Assembly (NCBI GenBank): GCA_037447435.1
Contig: JBBIGR010000002.1
Span: 128,001-192,000 of the forward strand
Reading direction: 5' to 3'
Length of the DNA: 64,000 bases
Source of the DNA: Fibrobacteria bacterium
Lineage (GTDB): Bacteria; Fibrobacterota; Chitinivibrionia; Chitinivibrionales; FEN-1185
The notes below the pieces were generated by a model. The model did no database searches and had not been told where the DNA came from. It saw only the letters and a list, made by a program, of their open reading frames with translations. Shown here piece by piece: positions 7,901 to 17,643 of the stretch. Made by a program: the position numbers and the translations under genes. Position 1 is the first letter of the stretch. Every line of letters begins with the position of its first letter.

Positions 7901-9726
7901 GATAAAAGGCCGCTTCCCGATAATTCTTCATTAAAAAAGGATTTACTTCTTGTCATTGAAACCATTTTGTAAAAGGCTCCTTTTTTATCGAAAAGATCCA
8001 AAGGGGTTCCGGATTCAATACAGTGGCCGTTTTCTATGACGAATATCCGGTCATACCCTTGCAAGGTGGAAATGCGATGCGCTATTGCGATCGTTGTCCT
8101 GTTTTTCGTTAAATTATCAAGTGCGGTTTTTATTTTGATTTCGGTTTCCGAATCTACCGATGACAAAGCCTCATCTAAAATTAATATGGCCGGATCCAAT
8201 AAAAGAGCGCGGGCAATGGCTATCCTTTGTTTTTCTCCTCCGGATAGATTCACACCGCGTTCACCAACAAGCGAATCATAGGCATCGGGCTTTTTGCAAA
8301 TGAAATCATGGGCAAACGCCGCAATCGAAGCATCAATAACTTCCGCGTGTGTCGCTTCCGGTTTTGCATAAGCAATATTTTCGTAAATCGTCCCGTTAAA
8401 AAGAAATGTCTCTTGCAAAACGACCCCAATGTTTTTATGAATATCCTGTTTCCGTAGCAACCGGACATCGAGCCCATCAATGACGATTTCACCTTTGTCT
8501 ACGTCATAAAATCTGCAAAGCAAATTAATAATGGTGCTTTTGCCTGCGCCGCTTCTTCCGACAAGCCCTATTTTTTCTTTAGGAGCTATTGAAAAAGACA
8601 AATTTTTAATAACCGGTTTTTTGGAATCGTATCCGAATTCGACATTCCGAAATTCGATGGACCCTTCCCACACTTTTATTTCAACGGCATTAGGATTGTC
8701 CCGGATTTCTTGCGATTCGTCAAGAACATTAAAAATCCGTTGCGCTGCCGACAAGGATGTGGAGATGTTTCTGAGCATGCCCACCAATGTCAACAAGGGT
8801 GAAAAAAACATTGCGCAGTAGCCGCCATACGCAACCACACTGCCCAAAGTCATCTTGTTTTCCAAAATCATTTTACCGCCGAACGCCCAAACAAACACCG
8901 TACCGCTCATGATGAAAAACTGCATTAGAGGATGATAAACACCCCACAATTTCATGACCTTTATTCCGGTGTTTCGATACGTCGAACTATGTTTTTGGAA
9001 TGTCGCTATTTCTTTGTTTTCCCTGCCAAAAGCCTTTACAACCCTTATTCCTGACAATGAATCGCTGGCAAATTCCGAAAGCCGGGAACGCTGCGCAAAA
9101 TACGTGTTAAAATAAGAATGAACGTTTTTAAGCATGTGCCGGCCGAAGATCGTCAGAGCGATGACCGGCAATACCACATACACGGTTATGTTTACCGATA
9201 ATATGCAAAGGAATACGCACACCCCTACGAGCATAAGCAGGCTTTGAATTGCAAGCGGTAAAAACTCCACGATAAGAAACTGGACATCGTCGGTATCTTG
9301 ATTCACCCGTGAGACAAGTCCGCCGGTCGTATGCTTGTCGAAGTACGACAATGAAAGATCTTGCAGTTTTGAAAAAACCATAACACGAATATCATGGACT
9401 GTTCTATGGCCGGTTTTTCCGCTGAGCCATTGAAAAAAACCGCTTGAAAAAATTTGCAGGCCATAGGAAAGAAACAGTACCAGGATTGCAGGCAATAGCC
9501 ACGACGCATGGGAATATTTCAAAGTGACGGCATCCGGCTTAAAAACGATATCGATAAAAACCTTGCTTAAATACGGCACAAGCAAGCTGAAGCATGTTGA
9601 AATCAACATAAAAAACAGGACGCTTGCGAGATCTTTTACATACGGTCCGGCAAAATTCATTACCCGTAAAAAGGTATTCCCTTTTTGCATTATTGCTGCA
9701 TGCAAACCGTTTTTTATCGGATTCAC
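7897..9726 (-). CDS. ABC exporter, fused TMD-ATPase (MsbA/Sav1866-like)
   Basis: Multi-TM N-terminus; GRSGAGKS, LSGGEKQR, ILDEA and IAHR motifs. Confidence 0.93.
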   Translation of the reverse strand: MNPIKNGLHAAIMQKGNTFLRVMNFAGPYVKDLASVLFFMLISTCFSLLVPYLSKVFIDIVFKPDAVTLKYSHASWLLPAILVLFLSYGLQIFSSGFFQWLSGKTGHRTVHDIRVMVFSKLQDLSLSYFDKHTTGGLVSRVNQDTDDVQFLIVEFLPLAIQSLLMLVGVCVFLCILSVNITVYVVLPVIALTIFGRHMLKNVHSYFNTYFAQRSRLSEFASDSLSGIRVVKAFGRENKEIATFQKHSSTYRNTGIKVMKLWGVYHPLMQFFIMSGTVFVWAFGGKMILENKMTLGSVVAYGGYCAMFFSPLLTLVGMLRNISTSLSAAQRIFNVLDESQEIRDNPNAVEIKVWEGSIEFRNVEFGYDSKKPVIKNLSFSIAPKEKIGLVGRSGAGKSTIINLLCRFYDVDKGEIVIDGLDVRLLRKQDIHKNIGVVLQETFLFNGTIYENIAYAKPEATHAEVIDASIAAFAHDFICKKPDAYDSLVGERGVNLSGGEKQRIAIARALLLDPAILILDEALSSVDSETEIKIKTALDNLTKNRTTIAIAHRISTLQGYDRIFVIENGHCIESGTPLDLFDKKGAFYKMVSMTRSKSFFNEELSGSGLLS

Positions 9727-9856
9727 GGTCGCCCCGTTATGCCTGTATTCATTTTCCCCATACCGTCATTTAAGGTTTTTTGACCCTCGGTCAACAATGC
9801 CACACAATATATTTTAAAGCATCGTACAACGCTTAATACTTGAAAGTACCGGAAAA

Positions 9857-10450
9857 ATGCTCTCATTTTTGCTTCATGCCGACGACCGGATTTTTTGTCT
9901 GATCAATTCGCATCATACGCCGTTTTTCGATTGGCTATTTTCGACCATCACCTGGCTTGGCAACGGATGGGTAATCGCACCCCTATTGCTTTTCATCGCC
10001 TTTATTAAAATACCTAAAAGGAACCTGGCGGTTTTCATTACCGTCGCGACAATCGGTATTGTCGGCAGCAGTTTGACAAACTCCTACATCAAAGACCAAA
10101 CGCAAAGACCAAGACCGTTATTGCATTTTGCGACAAAAAGTCCCGATTCTTCTTTGAGCTGTCGAACCGGATATACGGTGCATATCGTTGGCCCTAAACT
10201 TTTCCAACGATCCTTTCCTTCGGGGCATTCCAACACCGCTTTTTGTGCCGCGGCGCTTGTCGCATTCATGTTCGGCAATTGGTTTTGGCTGGCATTTTTT
10301 CCTGCAATTTTGGTCGCCTATTCCCGCGTTTATATGGGCGTTCATTTTCCTTTGGATACCTTAGGCGGCGCAATCGTCGGTATCGTTTTCATGGTCCTCA
10401 CTTTGTTTATTTACAATCTCCTTGTCCGGAGAACCCATGATTCAAAATAA
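9857..10450 (+). CDS. PAP2-family membrane phosphatase
   Basis: K...RPRP, SFPSGH and SRVYMGVHFPLD motifs. Confidence 0.92.
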   Translation: MLSFLLHADDRIFCLINSHHTPFFDWLFSTITWLGNGWVIAPLLLFIAFIKIPKRNLAVFITVATIGIVGSSLTNSYIKDQTQRPRPLLHFATKSPDSSLSCRTGYTVHIVGPKLFQRSFPSGHSNTAFCAAALVAFMFGNWFWLAFFPAILVAYSRVYMGVHFPLDTLGGAIVGIVFMVLTLFIYNLLVRRTHDSK

Positions 10451-11177
10451 AAAAGTTGTCGTTGTTTTGCCGGCCTACAATGCCGAAAAAACACTCCAGG
10501 CAACCTATGACGAAATCCCCTTCGATATTGTCGACGACGTTATTCTTGTCGATGACGCAAGTAACGATAACACCTGCCTGATTGCCGAAAAAATCGGGAT
10601 AACCAATGTCATTTGTCATGAAAAAAACAAGGGTTATGGCGGCAACCAAAAGACTTGTTATACCAAAGCGCTCGAAATAGGAGCGGATATCGTCGTTATG
10701 CTTCATCCGGATTATCAATATACGCCGAAGCTTATTACCGCCATGACGAGCATCATCGCAAACGACCTTTATCCGGTTGTACTAGGCTCGCGAATACTTG
10801 GTAAAGGAGCATTAAAGGGCGGAATGCCTGTGTACAAATATATCGCCAATCGTTTCCTGACCTTGGTCCAAAATGTCCTTATGGATCAAAAACTATCCGA
10901 ATACCATACCGGTTATCGTGCGTATTCGCGGAACGTGTTGGAACGGATTAATTTCATGGCAAATTCGGACGATTTTGTTTTCGACAATCAAATTATCGCG
11001 CAAATTTGTTTTTACGGATACCAAATCGGTGAAGTAACATGCCCTACCAAATATTTCAAGGAAGCATCATCCATCAATTTTACGAGGTCTTCTTTGTACG
11101 GTTTGGGTGTATTAGGAGTGGCAATCGGCTACAGGCTTCATAAGCTCGGACTGATAAAAATGAAGATTTTTGCCTAA
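10437..11177 (+). CDS. GT2 glycosyltransferase (polyprenol-phosphate glycosyltransferase-like)
   Basis: VLPAYNAE, LVDDAS, NKGYGGNQK, HPDYQY and LGSR motifs. Confidence 0.9.
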   Translation: MIQNKKVVVVLPAYNAEKTLQATYDEIPFDIVDDVILVDDASNDNTCLIAEKIGITNVICHEKNKGYGGNQKTCYTKALEIGADIVVMLHPDYQYTPKLITAMTSIIANDLYPVVLGSRILGKGALKGGMPVYKYIANRFLTLVQNVLMDQKLSEYHTGYRAYSRNVLERINFMANSDDFVFDNQIIAQICFYGYQIGEVTCPTKYFKEASSINFTRSSLYGLGVLGVAIGYRLHKLGLIKMKIFA

Positions 11178-11225
11178 AGATCTTCGTTGTACGGGCATGC
11201 GAAACGTCTCTACGGTCTACTTTTT

Positions 11226-12956
11226 TTAATCTCCCCATTGCAATTTTTCGAGCCTCGACCGTATAGCGCTTGCTTTTCTATCGAAGCGCTCCGCAAGAGC
11301 TTTGACGGACCGGCCGCGGCTATACAGGCTTAAAAGCTCCCGGTCTTCCTCTTTTGTCCATGCCTTATAGGCGTTTTGGGGTTGTTGCCGTCGGGACTGC
11401 GGGGCATTCCGTTTTGAAAGTCCTGTGATTACCTCCCGGATTTTCTTTTTTGCAAAAAGCGATTTGTCGGCATGGGGAAACATTGATTCCGGAAAATCTA
11501 AAAAATTTCTAGACCGCGTGACCGCCACGTAGGCGAGGTTGATTTCCTCGGATAATCGATCCCGGTCGAGGGGCTCTTTTTTTTCTTTTTCCTTTTCAAC
11601 CAGTTTGCGTATCCGCTCTTTTGTTATAAAGTCTTCCGTCAAGGTTACAGCATCGTATTCCATGCCTTTACACCGATGGAGGGTGGAAAAAATCATATCG
11701 GCCGAATCGCGGTTTTCATCCGAAACATGCATTGCCGACAGCTTTTTCAACAAGTAGGGAATATCTTTTCCGTATTCGCCCACAATATCGATGAGCATCA
11801 ACAATTCCATGTCCTCCGATTTTTCGGCATATTCTTCGAGTTCGTCGAACGACCCCATCGAACCGATAACCGGATCGCGGATCAAGTTTTTTTTATCAAG
11901 AAATAAATTCAGCACATCGTATATCGATGCCCCTTCGGAAGCATACGTGTACGAGTTGATATTCCCTTCAAAATAGATTTTCTTCACTTTTTTATCGTGC
12001 TGCATTGTCAATATAGCGTTTTTTAAAAGCGCCAAATTCGTTCGGGCAATGGTTGCCCTTGTTTTTATCTTTTGATTGTTGCCCACGCCTTTAATGCATA
12101 CATGGTCCATTTCATCAAGCATTTTCTTCCAGCTTAAACATTCCATCGCCAGCGTTGCGACATGATTGTTGAACCGAAAGCTCGTCGTCAGGGAATGGGA
12201 AGGGAACGCCACCGACGACAATGCATTGACCGCATGCCGCCACCCGTAAATCTGCTGGTATATGTCGCCGACGATCACCTGAGTGCACTGCTGCGACAGA
12301 AACACGTCGAGCATGACCGGGGACGCGTCCTGACCTTCATCGAACAACACGATGTCGTACGGGAGCCGCGGTTTCGAAACCTGGTATTTTTTCAGATAGA
12401 AATCATGCGTGACGTTGATTTCTTTTCTGTCCATTTTCGCCAAAAACCGGCGTGTGCCGTTTTCTATAGCGGCATAATGACGCTTTGCAAAAGCCCTCGC
12501 GGTTTCATCGGACACGCTCGCGCAATAATCCAGGGATTGTACCTTGTCTTTATCGCTGTTGCAGAAAAGAGCACAAAACTTTTTGATGTGATTTGCGCAT
12601 ACGAATGCGGAATGAGGGTCCCTTCCCGTTTTCTCAAGCCCGAGAATCGACACGATTTCATGAAGCTTGTAACCGCTTGTCACCTGATACGAAAAAGGAA
12701 TTACGATACGCCTGTATGCAATGGAATGGGCGGTTTGGACGTCGACATTCGACAGCCCCTGCTCTTCGAAACGTTTTTGCGCCTGTACCCGGACCGAACG
12801 GTTAAAGGCGATATATAAAATCCGTTTTCGGGGGTTTTGGCGCTTGGCGTATTCGACAAGGACCGTGGTTTTCCCGCTCCCGGCAACGGCGTTGATTTTG
12901 ATGTTGTCGGTGCTTCCCAGTATTTTTTCTTGTTCTTCTGTAAAGGATATGCCCAA
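11226..12956 (-). CDS. UvrD/REP-like SF1 helicase with C-terminal HTH/Myb-like domain
   Basis: AVAGSGKT, DEGQD, GDIYQQIYGWR, SFRF, STLHRCKGMEY and YVAVTRS motifs; tail WTKEEDRELL...AIRSRL. Confidence 0.88.
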   Translation of the reverse strand: MGISFTEEQEKILGSTDNIKINAVAGSGKTTVLVEYAKRQNPRKRILYIAFNRSVRVQAQKRFEEQGLSNVDVQTAHSIAYRRIVIPFSYQVTSGYKLHEIVSILGLEKTGRDPHSAFVCANHIKKFCALFCNSDKDKVQSLDYCASVSDETARAFAKRHYAAIENGTRRFLAKMDRKEINVTHDFYLKKYQVSKPRLPYDIVLFDEGQDASPVMLDVFLSQQCTQVIVGDIYQQIYGWRHAVNALSSVAFPSHSLTTSFRFNNHVATLAMECLSWKKMLDEMDHVCIKGVGNNQKIKTRATIARTNLALLKNAILTMQHDKKVKKIYFEGNINSYTYASEGASIYDVLNLFLDKKNLIRDPVIGSMGSFDELEEYAEKSEDMELLMLIDIVGEYGKDIPYLLKKLSAMHVSDENRDSADMIFSTLHRCKGMEYDAVTLTEDFITKERIRKLVEKEKEKKEPLDRDRLSEEINLAYVAVTRSRNFLDFPESMFPHADKSLFAKKKIREVITGLSKRNAPQSRRQQPQNAYKAWTKEEDRELLSLYSRGRSVKALAERFDRKASAIRSRLEKLQWGD

Positions 12957-13010
12957 AACCGCGTTCCTAAAATGGTTTTACGTAACAAGTTTACAATGCG
13001 CCCATAGAGT

Positions 13011-15782
13011 TCAATCCTGGTCTTTGGAAATTTCCCCGGCATTCTCGTTTTGAGGCTCATCTTTCGCCTCTTCCGGTTTCTTTTTGAATATCGACATGAA
13101 CTTTTCGAACGGGTTGGCCGATTTTACAGTCCCGTTTGCAATGGCGGTCCCGCTGCAATCCGCAATATCTTTAGGTGTGACTCGTTTTAAATACGATTCA
13201 TAGCGGGCGTAAAACCCGTTAGGATTTACTACTCCCGCACGAAGCATCAATCCTTTTGTCAAGAACTTATGCAATGTCTTGCCGTCGCGGGGGCCGGTGT
13301 ATTTTTCATTCCCTTCGCCGATACAGGATACGGTGACGTCCCGGATATCGGGTTCTGCGCCGACCGGGGAACCTCCGAGCTTCGATAAATCGAGTCTGAT
13401 AACGGCGTTCCACAATCCATAGTTCGTTTTTTTGCCGCTTTTCAGCGTTGCATTGAACGGCTTTAATACGTCGTCCGTTGTCCCTGATTTTGCGAAATAA
13501 GAAGCAGGGCCGTCAAGACGCAATGCGTTGGCGTCGAACGAATTTCCCTGTTCCAAACCGCTGCTGTCGGGTAACGATGGAATGTCGTAGGCTTCCAACG
13601 CGTCGGTGCCGACGAGGCGCTTATGCAATCCGAGATACGTGGGCCGTAAATTCTGAATATCGCTGAAAGGATGGCATCGTTTGATAGTATCATTTAGGGA
13701 AACGGTATCGCCGTTTAAAACAATATTGTCAATGACCAGGGATTGATGCTCTGCAGGCTTTTCGATAAGATCGTTGTCGTATAACGCATTGAACAAATGC
13801 ATCTGTTCGTATAAAGTCAACTCAAGCGTTCCCAGCGCGACCGAATACAGGCTGTCGGAAATGGGAACTCGCTTTGTGCCGTTTTCAACGGAATCGACGT
13901 TCACCCCGACGATACGTGCCAATTCCTTATATACCCTCACCCCGGTCACGGAACTGAGCCCGAGCTCGTCTTTGATCCTGTCGAAGGCGCCGATGCGATA
14001 AAACAGCTGAACAATAGGGAACGCTTCCTTAGTAACGCTGCCGTCGAGATTGAAAAGCTTTTGATTCAATCGGTATACGGTCTCAACCGCCAGGATGTTA
14101 TTCGAGGCATTCAACTGGTCGAAAATGTATTGGCACCCTTCAAAAACATCGCCGTGATTATGCACTTCATACGATTTTCCCCGAACCGCGCTATGGGAAA
14201 ATAAAACGCCTGCCAATTTAGATTTTTCGAATCGCAGGGTACGCTGCCAGGGTAAGTCGGCCGTTACGGGCAGGCTGTCATTCCACTTTGCAAATGGCGG
14301 AAAAATGCCGCAATCGAACATCAAGGCATTAAAAATCGGCTTTGCCGTCGAAGAGCCGTTCGGTGTACTGTTTTTAAGCAAGCCGGCCATTCGCGAGCCT
14401 ATTCTGTCTTTGGAATAATATGCCAGGAGTTTGCCGGTTTTGGAATCCATGATTGCATAGGCAAAATATTGCCCGCTTACGAGAATCGGTTTTCCATGGA
14501 TCATTGCAATCGAGTCGGGCCCATAGCCGCGCCCATTGACCAGCCGTTCCAATTCGCGCTGCAACGGGATATCTATTGTCAGCCTGATAAACAGGTTGCC
14601 TTTTTTACGGATAAGGGAATTCGGATCAACGATATTCATGTCTTGGCATTGCTGCGGCGTTGCCCCTGATTTTTGCAAGGTGGAAAGCCAGTATTCGTTT
14701 GCGCAGTCGACAAGCGGTCCGAAATCGGTCTGAATTTGGCGGAGTTTTCGAAACGAAAGCCCTTGAATTTCCTCGAGGACTTTTTTCTGCTTCTTTGCGT
14801 CCCAATTCATCGCCTTTGCAATTCGCGGCATATCGATGGCGCACTGATGGGCTATTTTGACCCGAACGTTTCTGCCCCATTTTACCGACCGGGCAAGATA
14901 CACGCATTGCGCATCCGAAAGGTCCCGAAGGTCTTTGTCGAAAAGCGCCCTGGCTATATCTTTACAACCAATAAGCCCGTTATCGCTAGTGATGCAATGA
15001 TTGACATACACTTCGAGAATGTCTTCGGGCTTGTACATTTTCCGCATTGCGCTTGCCAAGCGCATTTCCCTCAGTTTCCGGTCCATTGTCTTGCTCGTGC
15101 GCCGGTGCCCGGCGGCATCGATATCGGAAATGAACAATTTCGCCACTTGCTGCGTTATGGTTGAAGTCCCTCTCGGGGCATGAAAGGAAAGGGTGACGAT
15201 GCTTTTGAATATTCCGCTGAACACCGACCGGACAACGCTCCCGTATTCGACCCCAGTCCTATTTGTCCAGAAAGTATTGTCTTCGGCCGCAACGAGGGCC
15301 TTAATGAGTGTCGGTGGGAATTCCGCTATTTTCGCCCGCTGATGGTTTGTACGGATGCGGGCTATGTCGCGGTCTTTTCGATCGACTATGCGTATTTCAT
15401 TCGAATAATTTTGTACCGCATTGAGCCGCGCAATAATGGAGAGCGACGGATAATCATTGACCGAAATTCCATCAACAACAAGCGCGGTATCGTGGGTCGC
15501 CGACGAATCGGTTCCCAGCAATTTGTTTGCAGCATGCTGCATGGCATCTTCATTGATGATGTCTTGCCAGGCTGCTCCAAATTGTTTTGATAACAATCCT
15601 TTTTTCTCAAGCGCAACGAGCTTGTCGCCCCAATCGTCAAAGTATTTATTGAAAAAATGCTGGCCCAGTAAATATGCCGGATATGCCGAAACGGCAAGCA
15701 GAGAGACCAAAATGCCGGTTATTATCAAAAGGGATTTTAGAACCGATTTTTTTGCAGACGTACGATTTATCTTTTTTTTCAT
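13011..15782 (-). CDS. Class A penicillin-binding protein (transglycosylase + transpeptidase)
   Basis: N-terminal TM; GT51 motifs EDNTF, GTSTITQQVAK, RKLRE and ILEVYVN; transpeptidase motifs STAK, SNN and KSGT. Confidence 0.85.
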   Translation of the reverse strand: MKKKINRTSAKKSVLKSLLIITGILVSLLAVSAYPAYLLGQHFFNKYFDDWGDKLVALEKKGLLSKQFGAAWQDIINEDAMQHAANKLLGTDSSATHDTALVVDGISVNDYPSLSIIARLNAVQNYSNEIRIVDRKDRDIARIRTNHQRAKIAEFPPTLIKALVAAEDNTFWTNRTGVEYGSVVRSVFSGIFKSIVTLSFHAPRGTSTITQQVAKLFISDIDAAGHRRTSKTMDRKLREMRLASAMRKMYKPEDILEVYVNHCITSDNGLIGCKDIARALFDKDLRDLSDAQCVYLARSVKWGRNVRVKIAHQCAIDMPRIAKAMNWDAKKQKKVLEEIQGLSFRKLRQIQTDFGPLVDCANEYWLSTLQKSGATPQQCQDMNIVDPNSLIRKKGNLFIRLTIDIPLQRELERLVNGRGYGPDSIAMIHGKPILVSGQYFAYAIMDSKTGKLLAYYSKDRIGSRMAGLLKNSTPNGSSTAKPIFNALMFDCGIFPPFAKWNDSLPVTADLPWQRTLRFEKSKLAGVLFSHSAVRGKSYEVHNHGDVFEGCQYIFDQLNASNNILAVETVYRLNQKLFNLDGSVTKEAFPIVQLFYRIGAFDRIKDELGLSSVTGVRVYKELARIVGVNVDSVENGTKRVPISDSLYSVALGTLELTLYEQMHLFNALYDNDLIEKPAEHQSLVIDNIVLNGDTVSLNDTIKRCHPFSDIQNLRPTYLGLHKRLVGTDALEAYDIPSLPDSSGLEQGNSFDANALRLDGPASYFAKSGTTDDVLKPFNATLKSGKKTNYGLWNAVIRLDLSKLGGSPVGAEPDIRDVTVSCIGEGNEKYTGPRDGKTLHKFLTKGLMLRAGVVNPNGFYARYESYLKRVTPKDIADCSGTAIANGTVKSANPFEKFMSIFKKKPEEAKDEPQNENAGEISKDQD

Positions 15783-15996
15783 TGTATGCAAATGCCTATG
15801 AAGATGTATGGAGAATACTAGTGACTTCTTATTATAGAGTAGTGGTTAATTCTCTTTAGGGGTAAAATACTTTTTATCCCGGTTTGAATGGGAAACAGGC
15901 CATCACGGTTGCGCTTTTCGTATTTTCCTGTTGTTGGAGCAAACGAGCTTTGGTGTCCGGGGAAATTTAGCCCATAAATAAAAAGGATTACGCGTA

Positions 15997-17622
15997 ATGA
16001 ACAAACAATGCGCATTAGTACTATTGAGCACTGCTTTTTTGGTTATTTCGTTTTGTTCCAAACAAACAATTAAGCAAACCGTTGTCGTACAAAAAGGCCA
16101 CGAAGTCGTTACCGTTGAGAAAAAAGACACAACAGGGTACATTATCTCTTTCGGCGACTCTTCGGAGAGGATGCGCTTTATCAATTCCTTTGAAAAAATG
16201 ATCAAACAAATGCCAAGCGAGCGCATTGCCGGTAATTCCGATAAATTCGTCCATATAAAAATTGCCGCACCGATAAAAACGCCTTTGGAAATAAAACCGG
16301 TCGTTGGCGAAACATTAACGACCGTACCTAAAGTATCTGCCCCATTCTCGAGTCAAAAAACGGAACCGAAATTCGGCGGAGCAGCGACCGTTTATTCTCA
16401 GCGCGAATTTTTGGACCAGACAATGGCCGTTTTATGCAACGCCTATCCCTTTTCCAAATCGACATGCAATGAAACCGTTCCCAAAGATGTTGCGGGACTT
16501 TTGGACGCGAAACTCGTGTCCGACAAGCAACTGGATCTTTCCATTAAAGGCAATCTAATTTCCGCAACCGGGCAAAATTATTCCGCTTTCGATCTTGTCA
16601 ACATCTGGAGCGCATTTATAAAAAAACATCCCGCCGAAGGCCTCGCATTGTTTAAAAATGTTAAAGGCATAGACGGATATATTGCCGGTAAAGAAACAAT
16701 CGTTTCCGGCTTTACCGTTTCAAGCGAAAAAACCGTTTCATTGCATTTTGATAAAGCGGATCCAAACACGATGGCACGGGTATGCACACGGCGCCTCTTT
16801 CCCGCGTCCTTTAAAATGGGTCCTTACTTTTTGAAAAACGACAATGGTCAGACATTGCTTCTGGCGGCCAATCCCAAATCCGATGCTCCCAAACCGCTTC
16901 TTTCATCGTGCGCCATAAAGCTGGGCAAAGACCCGACGCCCCTGATAGCGTTTTCCCTGAACCGCTATGACGCGGTAACGCTTTTTTCCGCCAAAGATCT
17001 TGAATTTGCACGGCGAAAAGCAAACGACAAATCGGATTTAATTGTTTTTTCGGAAAGCCGGTATTTTGTATCGTGCATGCTTTTGGCCAAGGAAATGCGG
17101 GCCGCATGTAAAAAACTTATTGCAGCGAAAGAAATACTTTCGGAATTTGTCAGGGCCGACGGAACCGTGCTTTCCTGTTTGGAATGCGAGACTGCGGAGG
17201 ACGGATCGGTGCCGACCGGCAGCCCGCAATTGCAAGCCCTGCCGCCCGGTACTTCGACGGTTGCTATCCTCTATCGCGTCGACGATCCTGTTTCCAAGAT
17301 AATTGCGGAAAAAATTCTCGCCGATTTCAGCCGTGCCGGTTTGCAATGTTCCTTGAAGGGTGCGACATGCGAAGAGTATGAAGCATCTCTGGTTAGAAAA
17401 GATTACGGCATTGCGATAGGCTGGGTCGAAAAAAACATCGTTTCCGATGCCAGTGAAAAATTGCGGCTCGCCTCAATGTGGTTTAACGATAATACCGATG
17501 AAAAAGCACGGCTCGACGATATAAGGGAAATTCCCTTATTTTCGATCAAAACCTATTTGCTTTGCAAAAAGAAAATTTCGTTTTACGGCGATGCTTTCGA
17601 GGGGATGTTCATTTCAGAGTAA
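15997..17622 (+). CDS. Exported protein resembling family-5 (OppA/DppA-like) substrate-binding proteins
   Basis: Signal or lipoprotein-like N-terminus; NVKGIDGYIAGK, GPYFL and IAEKILADF.RAG patterns; no permease genes adjacent. Confidence 0.55.
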   Translation: MNKQCALVLLSTAFLVISFCSKQTIKQTVVVQKGHEVVTVEKKDTTGYIISFGDSSERMRFINSFEKMIKQMPSERIAGNSDKFVHIKIAAPIKTPLEIKPVVGETLTTVPKVSAPFSSQKTEPKFGGAATVYSQREFLDQTMAVLCNAYPFSKSTCNETVPKDVAGLLDAKLVSDKQLDLSIKGNLISATGQNYSAFDLVNIWSAFIKKHPAEGLALFKNVKGIDGYIAGKETIVSGFTVSSEKTVSLHFDKADPNTMARVCTRRLFPASFKMGPYFLKNDNGQTLLLAANPKSDAPKPLLSSCAIKLGKDPTPLIAFSLNRYDAVTLFSAKDLEFARRKANDKSDLIVFSESRYFVSCMLLAKEMRAACKKLIAAKEILSEFVRADGTVLSCLECETAEDGSVPTGSPQLQALPPGTSTVAILYRVDDPVSKIIAEKILADFSRAGLQCSLKGATCEEYEASLVRKDYGIAIGWVEKNIVSDASEKLRLASMWFNDNTDEKARLDDIREIPLFSIKTYLLCKKKISFYGDAFEGMFISE

Positions 17623-17643
17623 CTGTTTATTTTTTATTGAGGG

